In this document: positions 49,109 to 64,000 of the stretch, piece by piece
Numbering within the stretch: the stretch's first letter is position 1
Layout of the letters: the number at the start of each line of letters is the position of its first letter
Source of the DNA: Salpingoeca rosetta
Lineage: Eukaryota; Protista; Choanoflagellata
Direction: 5' to 3'
Assembly (NCBI GenBank): GCA_033442325.1
Contig: JAWQFM010000006.1
Coordinates: 685,523-749,522 of the forward strand
DNA: 64,000 nucleotides
Translations under genes and position numbers: made by a program
The notes under the pieces: generated by a model
The model's database searches: none
What the model was told of the DNA's origin: nothing
What the model saw: only the letters and a program-made list of their open reading frames with translations

Positions 49109-49364
49109 CTATGGTTGTTTTTGTGCGCTGTTTCTCCGTTGGCTCCCAGTTCAGTTCACATCATTACACACTCGTTTGCCAGTCCTTAGTTTATGTGGAA
49201 ATTCACAAGAGAACGTGTTCGCATAACGTGCTTGTGTGCTTTGTACATGCATGTGTGTGTGTGTGTGTGTGCTTTGTACATGCATATGTGTGTGTGTGTG
49301 CGTGTTGGGTTGGATGAAGGTGCACGCCCGGAACCCTGACGCGGGTGCCGCCGAAAACAAAGTC

Positions 49365-52266
49365 TCACGACTGCAATGCGTACACGAGAAAGTCTGGTGC
49401 GTCACACAAGCGGAGAACAACACGAAATGAGTGAGACCTGATTGAAGGAAGAACAGTTGGCCTCAACATGCACGCATGCACACACACACACACACGCATG
49501 CACACACACACACACACACACAACACGCGCACACAACACGAACACGCGCGTACACACCTTGTCGCTTGGTGTACTTGACAGCAAACCTGCGGCCGTCTGC
49601 TGTCGGGGAGGAGAAGGCGACTTCATCCACACGCGCGCGGTAGTGGAGGATGGTGGTGGCGCGCGCAATGTCAACCAGCCGGCGTGCAATGCCGCTGCGG
49701 CGGTGTGACGGGTGCACCCACATCTTGCGGATGCCAATGCACGCGCGCACCTTCTCCTGACTGCGGGTTAAATGGGCAAGGTGGGCCAGGGATTAATCAA
49801 AGAGATGCAAAGTGTGGGAAAGAGATTTTGCACCATCTGGGTCATGGACACACACACACACACACGCACGCACACACACGCACGCACACACACGCACACA
49901 CACACACGCACACACACGCACACACACACGCACACACACACACACACACGCACACACACACACACACACAAGCCCGCGTGGAGTGCAAGTGTGCGTGCAG
50001 CACATTGAGACACACAACACATCCAAGCATCACGCATATACTGACCTGCAGGTGAGAACGTCTGCATCTGGGGAAGTGGCGTCGTGTATGCCACTGTCCG
50101 TGGAATCGTTCATGCGCGACAAACTGGCGCCGGTAGTCGGAGGCGGTGACGTCGATAATGCTTTAGCTGCTGAGACTGGTGTTGATGCGGATGTTGTTGC
50201 TGCGGTTGTTGATGTTGTTGTTGATGTTGATGTTGTGGATACTGTTGTTGTTGTGGATGTTGTTGTTGTTGATGTTGTTGATGATTGGGACACGGAGCGT
50301 TTGTTTGGCGCGGACACACGCATGGCCGAGTCAATGTGCTCTGCGACGACGCAGCCGACGACACGTCGATCCATCACGTGCAGCAGCGTCTGTAGACAGG
50401 GCAGGAAGGCGCGAAGGATCAGTATCGTAACCACGGGCAACACGGCACAGCTCTGCGCTTGAGGTGAACAAAACTACGCACTCATGCTGTAGCTCGTGTG
50501 ATCAGTCACACAAACGAAAACACACGAGCACACACATTGCACACATGTACGCACACACATACAGACATTGCACACATGCACATGTACACACGCACCACTG
50601 CATTGTCGTCGCCGTGCTCTGTCTTGGCTGTGCGGTGACGGCCTTCACGTGTGTCTGTCTTGTCGGAATGCGCGCCGAGAAACCGATCAACCATCGTGTG
50701 CACCTCTTCAACCTGAACAGCGCATGGGGTGGTGATTGTGGTCACGGTGGTGGTGATTGTGGTCACGGCAATGGCCAACATGGGTGGAGCGATGTGGAAT
50801 ACGACGGAAAGTGGAGCAGGACAAGGCGTTGGCGGTGCGTGCAACGTTGTATGCACCTAACTCACTTTCTCGTACAGGCGGTTGCGTTTTGGGGTCGCTG
50901 CCGATGACAGCTTGCGCACGCGCACGACAAATGAGCGCGGGTTTGTGGGATCCTTCCACACAAGGGTGTCGCTCCCAACTTTCAGCTGAGAGTGGTATGC
51001 AGCACGGGCATGCAGAGGACGCGTGGACAGGAAGAGATGTGTCGGTGCAAGGGATAAATGGGAAGCGACGAAAACACAGCGTGAAAGAACAAAGCGCGAA
51101 CGAGCGTGCGCTCACATTGACGTACGCACACACACACACACACACTCACACTCACTCACTCACACTCACTCACTCACACTCACACTCACTCACTCACACT
51201 CACACTCACTCACTCACACTCACTCACACTCACATACTCACTCGCACACTCACTCACCCATTCACTCACACTCACACACTCATTCACTCGCACTCACTCA
51301 CTCACTCACTTGCACACTCACTCACTTGCACACTCACACACTCACACACTCAAAGCATAACATAACATTGCAACACAACAAGGCATGGTCATACCTGGAA
51401 CTTGACACCTTTCTGAAAGATGTCGTGAAAGGCACGATGTGCTTTGGTGTCTGCTTCCTCCCCTGCAAAGTACACCATGCCGCAAACCTTGCATTCCCGC
51501 TGTGTGCTCCGCTGCCCCAGATCCTGCAACACCAATGACAAGCCCAAACACCCATACACATCACATGAGCAATAGCGCGTGGTCGCAACCTCACAGCAGC
51601 AAAACAACAGAAAACAGTGAGTGCCGACCGCAGGAGCAACAGCAAACCAACCCACATCGCTCACAGCAAACGCCACTCGGAGCATGCGAAGACAACGCAA
51701 AGCCTCATAAACCCAAATGGCCCACGAACCATGTACATCTGGCGTGACTTGCGAGGGCCTTTGCTCTGCTTCTTGGATGCTGCTCCTGCGCGGGCCGCTG
51801 AACTCGTAGCAGCTGTTGTCGACAGCGGACTCGCTGGGGCACTGGGCGATGACGGAGATACAAGGCGCCGCTGCGTGCCCGCGCCATGCTTGACAAAGAA
51901 GAACTGGCTGATCTGAGACTGAACACGCTTTGCACGCTTGTGTGGCGGTGGCGTTTCATCCAACAAGGACGGTGGTGTCCCCTGTGACGACAGCGGTGAT
52001 GATGAGGTGGATTGGCGCGCAAGCGAGCTGCTGCGAGGATTGCTGCTGGTCGTGGCTTCTTCACTGCCTTCTTTGGCTTGTTGCTGTGTTGACGCCGCCT
52101 CTTCTTCTTCTTCTTCTTCTTCTTCTTCTTCTTCTTTTTCTTCTTCTTCTTCTTCTTCCATGAGCGGCTCTGCAAATATGTTCTCGTACTCGCCAACTTG
52201 CTCCACCGCACTCGCCCTGCCGCCCCGAGCACCTGCTTCCACCCCCGTCGTCTCCTGCTCATTCAT
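49365..52266 (-). CDS. ESCO2: cohesin acetyltransferase ESCO/Eco1 (PIP box, C2H2 zinc finger, acetyltransferase)
   Basis: PIP box [12 protein letters not shown]|[12 protein letters not shown]...[51 protein letters not shown]. The family is certain; assignment to the ESCO1 or ESCO2 paralogue is not. Confidence 0.9.
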
Positions 52267-52408
52267 CTTGGTCTGAGTTGTGCGCGCGTTGCTGTTTGAA
52301 GTTTTGGCGCTCCCTGTGATTGGCCTGTAAATAGGCCAATATCCGCAGCGTCCTTCATCCCACCGCAAACATAAATAAACAACAACACAGCAAAACAACA
52401 CCACGACA
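52267..52408. promoter_or_regulatory. putative bidirectional promoter with CHR-like, E2F-like and paired inverted CCAAT motifs
   Basis: 142 bp between divergent ATGs. TTTGAA at 52295-52300, TTTGGCGC at 52303-52310, and the inverted repeat ATTGGCCT-6nt-AGGCCAAT at 52319-52340. Confidence 0.55.
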
Positions 52409-56571
<4,163 letters not shown>

Positions 56572-57298
56572 TTCTGCGTCGCTTCACATGCCAGTGTAGT
56601 CAACCCATCTCGACGTCTCTTGGGCACACGCACACACATGTGCACACTCACACGCTCACCCACTTACTTGCACACGCACACACGCGCACGCACACGCACA
56701 CGCACACACACACGCACGCACGCACGCACGCACACGCTCACTCGCTCTCGCCCCACCTCGCATGGTGTCAGGTGCGATGGACTGTCTCCGGCTCAGCTGC
56801 TGGCGGAGCGCCGCCGCACTCCCATCACCATTCGCCGTGGCGTCGTGCACAAACACCACTAGATTGTGGGCGGGTTACGTGCGTGTGCGTGTGTGTTGGG
56901 TACACGATGACGTTCTCCTGCTTTTCAGCGTGTTACAATACACCATTTTCGAGCCCAGACGCAAGGTGACTGGGTTGTGTGTGTCTGTGTGAGGGGGGGG
57001 GGGCTTTCAGGGTCATATCATTTCAAAGCTCAAGAAGATGGTAAAGGATACGCGGTCTGGTGTCGTCCTGCTTTTGCACTTCACTGTCTGCGTATTATCG
57101 AAGGAACACAGAAGAAAACAAAAAATAAAAAAGGGGTTGCCCACAATCACACCTGCTTTCCTTTTATGGAACTGATGACAAACAGCTGTGTCGTACAACC
57201 CTCACGTCAAAAAAAAAAAAAAAAAACCTACCTTTAACGACAGCCTCGAGTTTCGCTGCAACTACAACTACAACCACCCGCCGCATGCCATCAAGTTC

Positions 57299-62821
<5,523 letters not shown>

Positions 62822-62935
62822 CGTTTCCGACTGCAACTACCGCTGCTGCTGATGTTGTTTTGTGGTTGAATGGGTTGTTGCTGCTGAAATCGCACTGGCT
62901 ATGGCATTAATTGCCGTTGCAGCCGCCGCTGTTGT

Positions 62936-62973
<38 letters not shown>

Positions 62974-64000
62974 GTACGCGTGCCAGCGTGTGTGTGCTCC
63001 AACTCAGCACACGGTGCAACTTGCAGTGGTGGTGAGGTCGTTATCCGCGAGTGTTGTGACCTGGGTTGATATTGAGCTGACTCTGGCAGGTTCGAAAACG
63101 GCGGCGGCGCGCGTGCGCTGCAGTTTGGTTGAATGGAAGAGGTGAGTGATGAAGAAAATGAAGGTAACAAGGATGATTGGTATGGATTGAAATTGGGAAG
63201 AGGGTGTGCGAAGGTGTGTGTGCGTGCAAGTGTGCAAGTGTGCGCTTGTGTGTGCTGTAAGGGAGATTGTGAAGACAAACAGGTGGGGAGCGGCGAGAGA
63301 GAAGGAGAGAGGAGAGAGAATGTGTGTGTGTGTGTGGGGGGGTAACGAACAGCAAGTGGTTGGTGTGGTGGTTGAGAAGGCAGCAGCAGCAGTGAATGCA
63401 AGATGCTGGATCAACAATGTTGGGGTGAGCAGAAGGCAGCACGCAAGAGCAAGCACTCACATTACATACACACAAACACACATACGCACATACACACAAA
63501 CACACAAACACACATACACACACACACACAACAACAACAACAACAACAACACACGATCGGCGAGCACTCGCCCCACCTCAACGTTGCAAGCAGCACTGGC
63601 CAGCGTGAGACGCAAGCAGGGTGCGCCCCGTCCCGTCTTGACGAGGAGCATGATGATCTTGACCGCGGGCGACACGCAGAACGAGGTTTGAACTGCGCAC
63701 GACCGCGGTCTGCGCACCCATCGAATCGCAAAAAGAAAACCCCCCTTTGTTGGGAATTACATCAATCACTGTTTGATGCATCTACCCTGTTTTTGAACTT
63801 GTTTAGGTGTCCGCCCAGCGTGCTGTCAAACACCAGCGCGAGCAAAAGAGCTCAATACAAACCCGAAAAAAAGTGTGTGTGTATGTTTGTGTGTGTGCCC
63901 GTGTGTCTCTAGGTGTAATATATAATGTGAGGTGGAACGCGGGAGATCTACAATTTGCCCGCGGCAAACTTTTGTCAGAACCTATTTCTGATTTATGTTA

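Noticed and set aside
63550-63730. GC-rich coding-looking patch
   Set aside because: No recognisable motif or convincing gene structure. It may be UTR or promoter sequence of the LRR gene.

Overview
Eukaryotic, gene-dense genomic DNA with many short GT-AG introns filled with (GT)n/(CA)n microsatellites and two N-gaps. The style strongly suggests a choanoflagellate such as Salpingoeca rosetta (inference). Most entries in the ORF track are microsatellite artefacts, so I rebuilt 13 genes by splicing exons by hand. In order they are: a partial hypothetical protein, a tandem-PH sphingosine/ceramide kinase-like protein, a ZAKalpha/MAP3K20-like kinase, an LtrA-family membrane protein, an ETNPPL/PHYKPL-like phospho-lyase, a CBM21 (PPP1R3-like) protein, IMP4 head-to-head with RRP42, a GH33 sialidase, a TRPV-like channel, ESCO/Eco1 head-to-head with a purple acid phosphatase, and a large single-exon LRR membrane protein. 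The top finding is the TRPV-like channel (39144-48748). It continues in frame through a degenerate EF-hand-like region into a nicotinamidase (PncA/Naam) domain that keeps its metal ligands, but the nucleophilic Cys aligns to Ala. It is a candidate channel-enzyme fusion or built-in nicotinamide sensor. The second finding is a full ZAKalpha-like architecture with apparent ribosome-collision-sensing motifs in an apparently non-animal genome. Exon boundaries were read by eye and may be off by a few bases.
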